The notes under the pieces are model-generated. The model saw nothing but the letters and a program-made list of their open reading frames with translations. It did not search any database and was not told the origin of the DNA. The translations under genes were made by a program, and so were the position numbers. This document shows positions 11,809 through 22,651 of a stretch of 42,130 bases of DNA, in pieces. Each line of letters starts with the position of its first letter. Position 1 is the stretch's first letter. This stretch comes from Octopus bimaculoides. Lineage: Eukaryota. The stretch covers positions 181,505,579 through 181,547,708 of the forward strand of contig NC_068981.1 in the NCBI RefSeq assembly GCF_001194135.2. Direction: 5' to 3'.

Positions 11809-11908
11809 TATTATATATATATATATATATATATATACAAACACACATGATAGTAATTGTTTATATAAAATGCTTCCAAAATAAACAAAGAAAGAGGCTT
11901 ATTGAGTT

Positions 11909-12427
11909 NNNNNNNNNNNNNNNNNNNNNNNNNNNNNNNNNNNNNNNNNNNNNNNNNNNNNNNNNNNNNNNNNNNNNNNNNNNNNNNNNNNNNNNNNNNN
12001 NNNNNNNNNNNNNNNNNNNNNNNNNNNNNNNNNNNNNNNNNNNNNNNNNNNNNNNNNNNNNNNNNNNNNNNNNNNNNNNNNNNNNNNNNNNNNNNNNNNN
12101 NNNNNNNNNNNNNNNNNNNNNNNNNNNNNNNNNNNNNNNNNNNNNNNNNNNNNNNNNNNNNNNNNNNNNNNNNNNNNNNNNNNNNNNNNNNNNNNNNNNN
12201 NNNNNNNNNNNNNNNNNNNNNNNNNNNNNNNNNNNNNNNNNNNNNNNNNNNNNNNNNNNNNNNNNNNNNNNNNNNNNNNNNNNNNNNNNNNNNNNNNNNN
12301 NNNNNNNNNNNNNNNNNNNNNNNNNNNNNNNNNNNNNNNNNNNNNNNNNNNNNNNNNNNNNNNNNNNNNNNNNNNNNNNNNNNNNNNNNNNNNNNNNNNN
12401 NNNNNNNNNNNNNNNNNNNNNNNNNNN
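11909..12427. other. assembly gap (519 N), probably hiding the middle myophilin exon
   Basis: N run. The flanking exon phases (2 then 0) require an unseen exon. Confidence 0.85.
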
Positions 12428-12489
<62 letters not shown>

Positions 12490-12749
12490 TTCCAGCTCTT
12501 TTTCTCTCTCTTTCTTTGTCTCTGCCATTCCTCATCGTTCCATTGAGAAACGTTTTCAAGGTTTCTTCATCGATGTTAGTGATGTTTCTGTTTTATTATT
12601 TATTTATTTATTGTTTCTTTTCACGGTTGGTGCCGGCTAATGTTTAAGTTGAATCGTTGATTGCAAAAGTGGCACTGAAAATGCAAGGATGATTTTTTGA
12701 CTCAGAGATAGATGTCAAGCCCTTTAATTTTTTCTGGTTCTTTTTGTTT

Positions 12750-14010
12750 TTTCCATCTCATTGTTATCGAATATCGTCCGCAGCTATGGCTTCCTCCCCG
12801 CACGTCTGCCGCCATTTATGGCGGTTTTCAATTACTTCTTCCCAGTTATTAAGTCAGATATAGAAGAAGAGGGCGATGTTCTCGATGGAATCATGAAATC
12901 GTTGATTATATATAATGAGGCTTTAGATTCTCTTTGGATTCTGTTCTTGCCAGAATATCGTTGTTTGTGACATAATAATCTCGTTCGATGTTCAGGATCG
13001 ATCGTAGTTTTGCTTGTTGAAATCTCTGATCTTTTGTCTTTCTTCTTCTTTTACTTGTTACAGTCACTGGACTGCGGCCATGCTAAAGCACCACCTTGGT
13101 GGGTTATAATCAAAGAAATTGGCCACAGTACTTACTGTTTTTTAAACTTTGGTACTTATTCTATCGGCTTTTTTGCCGAACTGATAAGTTACAAGGATGT
13201 AAACAAACCAATACCGGTTGTCAAGTGATGGGGCAGGAAAAAACACACACATAAATACAACGGGTTTCCACACAGTTTCAATAAAGCAAATTCCCTCACA
13301 AGGTATTGCTCGGCCCCGGGCTATAGTAGAAGAGGACATTTGCACAAGGTGTTTCAGCGGGACTGAACCCAAGAGCATGTGGTTGCGAAGTCATGCCTTT
13401 GTCAATATGTTGATTAAGTATCACAGCTATTTGGCAATGAGGAAAACTCAACAGCTTGAAACACTTAAACATCAGTTCTAAGTTTCAGGGTTAAGGTTGT
13501 GAAAATATGGTAGGAAATGTACCGAAAGGCTTTGTGGATTACTTGCAGCCGGTTGGTGATGGCATCTTCCGGAGACTAGAAGTTGGAAAAGATGCTGCTG
13601 AAATAAATGAAGAATGAAGCTTCTTTGTTTAGATTGCTTGGAGAGTATGGAAAGATCGACAAGAGAGTTATCAGAGGTGATTGGTCGTTTGTTAGTGAGT
13701 TGTTGAAGTGTCTAGTCTAACGGCTTCAAATTGCTTCGTCAGCTATCAAAATATTGCCGCCTTCAGGTTTCATTAGTGTTGGTATTGTCTTAAGCGGTCT
13801 GCAGCACGAATAGTCGGGTATAATGATGGTCAACATATCTTTGGATTTCATTTATCTTGACTTGCTACGAGTCGTTTTGAACTCTACAGATTTACGCTTC
13901 AACATCCGCTTTGAGACGTCGATATTGTCTTCCATGCTTTCGGATCGAGATGTGTTTTCTAGAGCAAGTGTTGCTTGCAGATTTTAGTGTCAACCTCATC
14001 GAAATAGGTT
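12750..14010 (-). mobile_element. degenerate RTE LINE (EN-RT linker and C-terminal pieces) interrupted by a SINE
   Basis: The minus strand gives QYRRLKADVE..KINEIQRYVD and LMKPEGGNILIADEAI..RHFNNSL (linker). It also gives FQQAKLRSILNIERDYYVTNNDILART and NWEEVIENRHKWRQ (C-terminus). Many stops. Confidence 0.75.
13050..13397 (-). mobile_element. tRNA-CORE-type SINE, family B
   Basis: Reverse complement of the 20155-20614 family. Confidence 0.8.
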
Positions 14011-14255
14011 TTAATATGTGCAACTTGAGAATCCTTTATTCCTCTGCATATTTCTCATGAAACGCAGACTATAAGCACCCACAATACAGAAGGATTTGCG
14101 TATCGGATTAGACAGGATTGAGTGTGGACAAGAAGAAATCAAGTGAGGATAGAACAAACATAAGAGTGAATGACTGAATGATAATAGAACTGAACCAGTC
14201 AAATCATTCAAATATTTTCAAACTTATATTTATTTTTTTTTTATTTACTTTTCAG

Positions 14256-14441
14256 GCTCAAACAAAACCAGATTTCAATGGACCTATCCTTGGTCCAAAG
14301 ATGGCAGAAGAGAACAAACGAGAGTTCACCCAGGAACAGTTAGATGCCGGTAAAAATGTTGTCAGTCTCCAGTATGGAAGCAACCAAGGTGCAAGCCAGG
14401 CTGGATTGAGCATGGGCAAACAAAGAATGATCGCCGATTAA
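14256..14441 (+). CDS. myophilin / Mp20-like calponin-family protein, last coding exon (calponin repeat)
   Basis: Acceptor TTTACTTTTCAG, phase 0. Encodes [61 protein letters not shown]. The SLQYGSN.GASQAG..MGKQRMI ending is myophilin-like (recalled sequence). Confidence 0.96.
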   Translation, partial: AQTKPDFNGPILGPKMAEENKREFTQEQLDAGKNVVSLQYGSNQGASQAGLSMGKQRMIAD

Positions 14442-14713
14442 ATTATTTCTGCATCATTTTTTTTTAATAGTGAAAAACTCTTGTTTCAATGCTAAACGAT
14501 AGCAAATATTAGCTAACAGTATTCAAAAAGAGAAAAAAACATGGGAGGTGATTAAAAGTCTAAATTTACTGAATAATTTCGAGTAAATTTCTCATTTTTT
14601 TTTTGCCTTAATTTTTTTTAATGCATTTAATTAGAAGAAAAATATATATACTCCTCATCTGACAACCAACAATCACTTATTTATTTTTTAAAATTAATTT
14701 TTTTCCCTTTGGT

Positions 14714-14949
14714 NNNNNNNNNNNNNNNNNNNNNNNNNNNNNNNNNNNNNNNNNNNNNNNNNNNNNNNNNNNNNNNNNNNNNNNNNNNNNNNNNNNNNNN
14801 NNNNNNNNNNNNNNNNNNNNNNNNNNNNNNNNNNNNNNNNNNNNNNNNNNNNNNNNNNNNNNNNNNNNNNNNNNNNNNNNNNNNNNNNNNNNNNNNNNNN
14901 NNNNNNNNNNNNNNNNNNNNNNNNNNNNNNNNNNNNNNNNNNNNNNNNN
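14714..14949. other. assembly gap
   Basis: N run. Confidence 0.99.
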
Positions 14950-15334
14950 CTGTCATCCTTTCGGGGTCGATAAATTAAGTACCAGTTACGCACTGGGGTC
15001 GATGTAATCGACTTAAACCCTTTGTCTGTCTATGTTTGTCCCCTCTATGTTTAGCCCCTTGTGGGCAATAAAGAAATAAGAATCGTTAACACACCGGGCG
15101 AATTGCTTAGCGGTATTTCGTTTGTCTTTACGTTCTGGGTTCAAATTTCGCCGAGGTCGACTTTGCCTTTCATCCTTTCGAGGTCGATAAATTAAGTACC
15201 AGTAGCGTACTGGAGTCNNNNNNNNNNTTAAGTACCAGTAGCGTACTGGAGTCGATCTAATCGACTAGCCCCCTCCCCAAAAATTTTGGGCCTTGTGCCT
15301 AGAGTAGAAAAGAATATTCTTCAGCGTGAGGACA

Positions 15335-16200
15335 AAAAGCATGAAGTTTTCCGAATTGCAAAAGAGTGTATCAAAGAAAACTGAGATGTGTGCAAGAAGT
15401 GTGTATGACTGGATAATGGCACATTTACATTTAGCGATTCTGAAAAGAGGTATGGACGTGCTGCTATGAAAGGTTACTAAACGTGAAGAATGCATGAGAG
15501 AAATGTCTTCCAACCGTGGACCCAACGAATGGACAAGTCATTCTAGATAACAGCACTGTGATAGATAAAACAAGGATATGAAGACAGGGAAAGCTTCTGA
15601 TCAATCAGGAATTACCGCTGAGATGCTTAAAATATGTGGCGGAGTGAGATACTGCCTGGTCAATAATACAGTTAGTTTGGTTGTACTGGAAGGCATTATA
15701 GTCAACGACTGGTGTAGCAGCAATATAGTCAACTGTTTCGAATGCCCAGGTGGATCCTTAAAGGTAGTTGGTGACCTAATTAACAGCGAAGGAGGATACT
15801 CTGAAAGTATAGTTGCTAGAATAAGAACCGGCTGGAAAAGTTCTTTGTTAATAAAAGGCTTTTCTCTCCGAGTGAAAGATAAGACGTATAGTATTTGTGT
15901 ATGGCCTGCAATGCTACATAGTAGCAAGACATGGGCCCTGGATACAGAGAACCAGTAAACATTAGAATGAAGCTAGTAAGTTTCATTGGATATGCAACAG
16001 CAGTGAGCATGTACGATAAGATGCAAATGCGTTGTGAGAAAAATTGGGTATGAGAGGAATCAAATGTATTGTGCAAGAGATAAGACTACGCTGATATGAT
16101 TATGCGATCCATGTGGATAAGGACAGCTGCATAAAGAAGAGCAGATCAATAAATGTGGATGAAACCTGTAGAATCGGGAGACTTAGAAAGATATAGGAAG
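15335..16200 (+). mobile_element. degenerate RTE LINE ORF2 with the RT core deleted
   Basis: MKTGKASDQSGITAEMLK..EGIIVNDWCSSNIVNC joins directly to the thumb region (GDLINSEGGYSESIVARIRTGW..AMLHSSKTWAL). Confidence 0.85.
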
Positions 16201-16439
16201 AATGAACTCCTGATATTAAACCACACAGAGATAACAAAGGACCAAGATGATTAGTGATACACTGTGCTCGAGAGAGACCGTCCATCTCAGCTAAAAAGGT
16301 CCAAAAAGCATATGGTTTATGCCTATGCTCCCGACACTCAATCAGGCTCTGTCAAGCATTCCATACCTTATCTTCGTATCACCAATCCCTCCATCGCTCT
16401 TCTAACAACGGCACTACTCAATTGTGTAATCAATTGATA

Positions 16440-17130
16440 CCCTTCTGTGCTATTGGTTATCCCTCTTTTTGGACCCACTTTTTTTGTCACCCATCCCGCA
16501 ATATCAATATCATTACTTGCACTTAATTTCCTCTGAATATTCTCTCATGTCTGCCTTCGACGACCCCACCCATCTTTGTTCGTCACCTATTATTTCCATC
16601 CCTACGTTCCTCCGATTTCCATCTCTAACACTGTGCATCCCTCTCTCACCCACTACACTTCACATCATCTCCATATTTCTATTCACCAGAGGTTTTATAC
16701 TCTTGCTCGTCATCCCATCTTTCTTTTGTCTTGTCACTTATCACCTTTTCTCCCTCCTTCTTCCTGACACACTCCTACTTCCTTCACCAATCCATCCATA
16801 CTGATTTTTCGTAACTGACAATTCCTCCACCCATGTTCATTCACTACATTCACCTCTATGCTCTGTCACTCTCTTTTCACACTCTTGCTAAATTACTTAC
16901 CCATCCATTCTTTCTGATCCTCTGTCCCCGAATTTCTTATATTCACCCTCTTGTAGCTGGAGGGTACCCCTGACTCTTCATCACCATCACCTCTTTTCCA
17001 TTGTAGCTGATGTAGCCATATATCTCTACAGCAAGATATCTGCTCCTGTCCCTCGATCATACTTTAATCTTTCAACAGCTGATATAAAGCCACCTCCCTC
17101 AATACTGCATTCCCCACTGATGCTGCTGCG
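16440..17130 (+). repeat. pyrimidine-rich segment, probable 3' UTR of the RTE family
   Basis: C/T-skewed. Its end (CTGTCCCTCGATCATACTTTAATCTTTCAACAGCTGATATAAAGCCACC) matches the minus strand near 35715-35765. Confidence 0.6.
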
Positions 17131-18034
17131 TCCTGTCTTGCAAATTACTTGACCACCTCACTGGTGCTGATGTCGAGAAAAACGCACGCAGTGTACACTT
17201 GGTTGACGGTTAGGTAGAGAATCCAGTTGTAGAATCTATGCCAAAGCAGATATTGGAGTTCGACGTTGTCCTCTGGCTTGTCAAATCCCGTCGAATCGGC
17301 CAACCCACCCCAGCAAGGAACAGAAGCATTAAACGATGACGATGATGATGATGGCTATAAACACTGACGTAGAACAGTGCATATAATGTCTAATGTATTT
17401 GTGTTTGTGCGTGTTCTTCACTATCTGCTTTATAGGAGCATCAAAGAACATGGCCTTTTAACAAGATATCTCTGTTATCTTCCAAAGTGCCAAGAACTTA
17501 AAATAAACACTATCGATGTCTTGACTTCACTCCTGATAGACTAATGGTATTTTATTTTACTGATTCCCTCCTGAGGTGGATGAAAGGCATACTCGACCTT
17601 TTCAGGTTTCTGAACTCAAAAGTAAATCATCATTGTAGACAGACTATATGTAATGATGAATATTATCAGAAAGGTAGTGAGCTGGCAGAATCGTTAGCAC
17701 GCTGGGCGAAATGCTTCGCGGCATTTCGTGCGTCTTTAGGTTCTGAGCTCAAATTCCACCGACGTCGACTTTGCCTTTCCTCCCTTCGGGTTGATAAAAT
17801 AAGTAGCAGTTGAATACTGGGAGCGATTTAATCAACTTAGGCACCCCCTCCCAAACCTGCTGGTCTTGTGCTAAAATTTGAAACCAATATCAGAAAGAAA
17901 TCGAATTCTTTCAGATGTTTCCGTCCTTAGCTGAGATTAATGTTGTTCAGTCTTCTCGTGTTATGTTTAGCCCCATCCACGCATCTTCGCAAGATTATCG
18001 GTTACCATTGGTCGGATTTCGGCTCCAGCCAACA

Positions 18035-19345
18035 ACTTGAAGGAGTCATACCCAATGACTGGTGTAACAGCACCATAGTCAACTGCTACAAAGGTAAAGG
18101 TGATGCCTTCATCGTTCGTTTAACGTCCGCTTTTCATGCTAGCATGGGTTGGACGATTTGACTGAGGACTGGTGAAACCAGATGGCTACACCAGGCTCCA
18201 ATCTGATTTGGCAGAGTTTCTACAGCTGGATGCCCTTCCTAACGCCAACCACTCAGAGAGTGTAGTGGGTGCTTTTACGTGTCACCTGCACGAAGGCCAG
18301 TCAGGCGGTACTGGCAACGGCCACGCTCAAAATGGTGTATTTTATGTGCCACCCGCACAAGAGCCAGTCCAGGGGCACTGGCAACGATCTCGCTCGAAAA
18401 TCCTATGAAGGCCAGTCAGGAGGTACTGGCAACGGCCATCAAATTGTTGGATCAGGCAAAGAAAGCTACAAATTAAAGAGAGAGCTAGCAGTTTGGTTTT
18501 GAGCCAGGGAGAAACACCACCGATGCTATATTTCTGGTAAGACAGAGCTGCAGGAGAAATACATAGCCAAAGATAAATCTCTGTACTTGGCCTTTGTTGA
18601 CTTGGGATAGACGAGTGGTTGGTGAGAGCTGTACAAGTTATGTACTGGAAGGCTACCAGTAGGGTGAGGGTTGGCAATGAGTACAGTGAAGAATTCAGGG
18701 TACGAGTAGGGGTTCACCAAGAATCGGTGCTCAGCCCTTTCTTGTTCATTATAGTCCTCCAGGCAACAACAGGAATTTACGACAGGCTGCCCCTGGGAAC
18801 TTCTATGCTGATGACCCTGCTCTTATTAAAGACATAAAAGGTGCAGCAATATCAGAGGAAGGTTAACAAGAAACTAGCTTTTCTACATTGAAGATACACA
18901 GGTACAATAAACGCTGAAAATGTGCAGAAAATAGACTGTCAACAGCTGGGGGGGGGGGCGAAGCTAGAGGTAGTAGATAACTTCCGTTATCTAGGTGACC
19001 AAGTTAGTAGTAGAGGTGGATGCTCAAAGAGAGTAGCTGTGAGAATAAGATTGGGCTGGGCAAAGTTCAGAGAGCTCCTACCTCTGCTGGCAACAAAAGG
19101 CCTCTCTCAGAGTGAAAGGTAGATTGTATGATGCCTGTGTGTGAACAGCCATGCTACATGGCAATGAAACATGGGCTGAGACAGGCAAGGACATGCATAG
19201 GATTGAAAGAAATGAAGCCAGTATGCTTCGCTAGATGTGCAATGTTAGTGTGCATGTTTGACAGAGTGTAAGCATCTTGAGAGAAAAGTTAGGCATAAGA
19301 AACATCAGATGTGGTGTGCAAGAGAGATGACTGCGCTGGTATGGT
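18035..19345 (+). mobile_element. degenerate RTE LINE reverse transcriptase
   Basis: Reads GVIPNDWCNSTIVNCYKGKGDA, QFG..TTDAIFLV..QEKYIAKDKSLYLAFVD, VGVHQESVLSPFLFIIVL, a YADD-coding TATGCTGATGAC, and LEVVDNFRYLGDQVSS..RIRLGWAKFRELLPLL. Frameshifted, with a repeat inserted at 18110-18432. Confidence 0.92.
18110..18432 (-). mobile_element. (GAT)n-tailed retroposon (RTE 3'-end-related, family G)
   Basis: CGTTTAACGTCCGCTTTTCATGCTAGCATGGGTTGGACG block. Copies at 26071, 32657 and 41033, and inverted at about 19350-19650, 24100 and 29847. Confidence 0.8.
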
Positions 19346-19801
19346 CATATGATGCATCACACAAATAGCATCTGTACTAGTGGCATGTAAAAGCACCCAT
19401 TACACTCTTGGAGTCAAATCGTCCAACCCATGCCAGCATGGACAATGGACGTTAAATGATTATGGCGCCATGCAAAAAAATACCCAACACAGTACTTTGT
19501 TAAGTGGTTGGCATTAGGAAAGGCATCCAGCTGTAGAAGAAACCTTACCAAATCAGACAATTGGAGTTTGATGCAACTTTCAGGCTTCCAGCTTCTTTTA
19601 AACCATCCAACCCATACCAGCATGGAAAATGGACTTTAAAAGATGATGATGATGAATATTAGTGGTGGAGTTAATTTGAACTTGAATTAAATTTTAATGA
19701 AATATTCAACAACAACAAATATATGAAACAAATATTTTAATAATATAATTATTGATATTTCATAAAATTCAGTCTTGCATGATGTCTAATCACAGCTAAT
19801 G

Positions 19802-20071
19802 CTATATACTGTCAGCTAACAACTGAGACATAGCGTGTGTTGGAAGTTTAAGGAATGTGATGGCAGAATGCCAAAGTTCATCACATTGATTTGTATGCAG
19901 CCAGATGCTGTTCTCTGTGTCGTTCATGTACTTCAGCTGATGTAGGACGTTGTGACATAAGTGGGTCAGGTAGATAGTTACTTGCGACATATATAGTTTA
20001 TGTATATCAACAGCATTACCGATATTTATTACACCAAGAGCAGTTTCCTCAGATAGCAATGCATAACGTTC
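19802..20071 (-). CDS. TEX10: TEX10, apparent last coding exon
   Basis: Acceptor CTTTTCTCTCTTTCTCAG, phase 0. Encodes ERYALLSEETALGV..YLTHLCHNVL..DELWHSAITFLKLPTHAMSQLLADSI*, aligning with the recalled human IPDSTAGCV..FLASCCYSLL..DKLWGVCVSIL. The 3' boundary (stop versus weak donor) is uncertain. Confidence 0.82.
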   Translation of the reverse strand, partial: ERYALLSEETALGVINIGNAVDIHKLYMSQVTIYLTHLCHNVLHQLKYMNDTENSIWLHTNQCDELWHSAITFLKLPTHAMSQLLADSI

Positions 20072-20154
20072 CTGAGAAAGAGAGAAAAGAATAATACGTT
20101 TAGAAAACATATAAATCATATAAATAAACATAGTTAAAAGAAAACATTACAAAT

Positions 20155-20328
20155 AGGTGCAGGAGTGGCTGTGTGGTAAGTAGCTTGCTTACCAACCACA
20201 TGGTTCCAGGTTCATTCCCACCGCGTGGCACCTTGGGCAAGTGTCTTCTACTATAGCCTCGGGCCGACCAAAGCCTTGTGAGTGGATTTAGTAGGCGGAA
20301 ACTGAAAGAAGCCCGTTGTATATATGTG

Positions 20329-20408
<80 letters not shown>

Positions 20409-20614
20409 TGTGCCTGTGTTTGTCCCCCCAACATCGCTTGACAACTGATGGTAGTGTGTTTACGTCCCTGTAACTTAGTGGTTCGGCAAAAGAGACCGAT
20501 AGAATAAGTACTAGGCATCCAAAGAATAAGTCCTGGGGTCGATTTGCTCGACTAAAGGCGGTGCTCCAGCATGACCACAGTCAAATGACTGAAACAAGTA
20601 AAAGAGTAAAGAGT
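20155..20614 (+). mobile_element. tRNA-CORE-type SINE, family B, with internal (TA)/(TG) microsatellite
   Basis: A-box-like TGGCTGTGTGGTAAG, B-box-like GGTTCATTCCC, CORE-like CCTTGGGCAAGTGTCTT, and an AAGAGT-repeat tail. Confidence 0.85.
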
Positions 20615-20741
20615 ATACTGTAATCACTGTTTGTTTGAAGGCCTGTAACTCCTGTAGTGTCAAGGATTTTCTTTCATTAGAGTCAACCCTTGACCTACGA
20701 TATGCCAGCAGTCAACTGTGTCAGTGAGGGAATCTCTACAC

Positions 20742-21000
20742 CAGTGTTTCTTAACCATTTTTTTACTTGTGGACCCCTTTGATATCTATTTTACTTGGAT
20801 GGATCCTCAGAGCCATTTGATGTTAAAAAAAAAATTTTTTTAAATAAAACAATATTCTTATTCAATATCGTTAGGAACTGTATAAAATTTTAATGTTTAG
20901 TGTATTGGAGAAGTATGACTAATTTATTGCACATAAATTTTAACAATAAAATCCCATGTAAACCTCCAAGGGCCATACGAACCCTGACTGAGAACCACTG
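20742..21000. mobile_element. hAT (Charlie-like) MITE
   Basis: TIRs CAGTGTTTCTTAACC / GACTGAGAACCACTG. TSD CTCTACAC / CTGTACAC (7/8). A related copy lies at 29552-29825. Confidence 0.85.
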
Positions 21001-21289
21001 CTGTACACAATTGCTCAAAATAGGTGATGGGGAAGGCCATTACGTAATGTAGTTGTAGATATATAGTGACTTGAAAAAAAGATGGACTGGCTACAACTTG
21101 AACGTCTTTGATCAAAAACCTGCACAATCAGGACTGAGTCGGGGTTAGACAGCTACAGTCAATGGCTTAAACCAGATATTGATGCAATCAATGCACACTT
21201 GATATTGTTATTGGTATCCAATGCAATACTGCAATCAACATCATAAAAGCACACAAATTATACACTACACGAAACAAGCAAATCTTTCC

Positions 21290-21715
21290 CAGGTAAAATG
21301 ATGATGAAAGATGGAAATCTCCTCCCAGAAATAAAAAGAATAGCACTTGGTTGGGCAGCCTTTAGGAAGGAGGAAGACCTCATGAGAAGTTCAAAATTAA
21401 AAAGAAAGATCTTCAAAGAGTACATCCTGCCAGTGAGGATTTACGGTAGTGAAACATGGGTTTTCAGTACTACCATCATGAAAACCCTTGTTATAGCCCA
21501 ACAGAAAATGGAACAAACCACACTTGGCATCACATTGCAGAAGAAGAAAACCAAACACCTGGTTTCAAGGGGCACACAAAACTCAATGATATCATAAGGA
21601 GAACAAATATAAATGGGTTGGCCACATCATGCATCTGAGGACCATAGATGGACATCAAGACAATGGATGACACCAAGAGGCTGACCAAAGACAAGCTGGA
21701 GAGATGATCTCACTT
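21290..21715 (+). mobile_element. RTE-clade LINE C-terminal fragment (second lineage)
   Basis: Reads EIKRIALGWAAF..KRKIFKEYILPVRIYGSETW..AQQKMEQTTLGITL. Confidence 0.8.
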
Positions 21716-21890
21716 GCTCTACAGTAATAGGACACTAGATAAACAGCCAATGAAAGAGTCTCATTGAGGCCACCTGAACTAAAGATACTCTCCAAATCTT
21801 CCTTAAATCACAACCACATGAAAAAAATACTGTCATGGTTGGAACATCTTTCACCATAAGTCTGCTATTCTATCAGAACTGTTCTACTGC

Positions 21891-22118
21891 AGCAAGCTGG
21901 CAGAAACGTTAGCACACCGGGCGAAATGCTTAGTGGTATTTTATCTGCTGCTACGTTCCGAGTTCAAATTCCACCGAGGTCGACTTTGCCTTTCATCCTT
22001 TCAGGGTCGATTAAATAAGTACCAGTTACGCACTGGGGTCGGTATAATCAACTTAATCCGTTTGTCTGTCCTTGTTTGTCCCCTCTGTGTATAGCCCCTT
22101 GTGGGCAGTAAAGAAATA
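21891..22118 (+). mobile_element. tRNA-derived SINE, family A, with perfect 16-bp TSD
   Basis: TSD AGAACTGTTCTACTGC at 21875-21890 and 22119-22134. Confidence 0.92.
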
Positions 22119-22651
22119 AGAACTGTTCTACTGCTAAATAACAACATAAGTCAAAACTGAAAAAAGAAAAAGTTAGAGAAAATAGATAACAACCAATGCC
22201 AAGGTAACTCCTGACATGATGTGATCAGTTTTGTTAATGATATAATCATCATTTTACCTTTCACAACCATGGGTCAGACAGAATTCAATGAATCAGATTT
22301 TTCTATAGTCAGATGCCCTTCCTGTTACCAACCCTCACCTGTTTCCAAGTAAGAAAATATTTCTCCTTGCCCAGACACATTTTCAAGGAGGACTGGAAAA
22401 GGACACCACCTACAAGACAGTGACATTCTCTTAAAGCTATCATACGATGTCAAGGTAAGGAGACATACACACACAATATGATGAGCTTTTTTCACTCACA
22501 GGCCTTGGACTACAGCGAAAGATATTTGCCCAAGATACCATGAAGCTGAAGTGAAACTGAAACCATGTGGTTGAGAAGCCAACTTTGTAACCACACCAGT
22601 ATACAAGGTGTTCACAAAGTCTGGGTACATGGGGATTAACACATACTTTAA

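Noticed and set aside
11890-11908. AG|GCTTATTGAGTT (would give C-K-L-I-E) as the start of the missing myophilin exon
   Set aside because: It has no polypyrimidine tract (purine-rich upstream) and only 12 readable bases before the gap.
11796-12647. Long ORFs full of X (also 14681-14993, 22948-23967 and 33358-34377)
   Set aside because: Artefacts of translating N gaps.
15192-15253. 26-bp direct repeat TTAAGTACCAGTAGCGTACTGGAGTC around a 10-N gap
   Set aside because: Identical sequence on both sides of a minimal gap indicates unmerged contig overlap, not biology.
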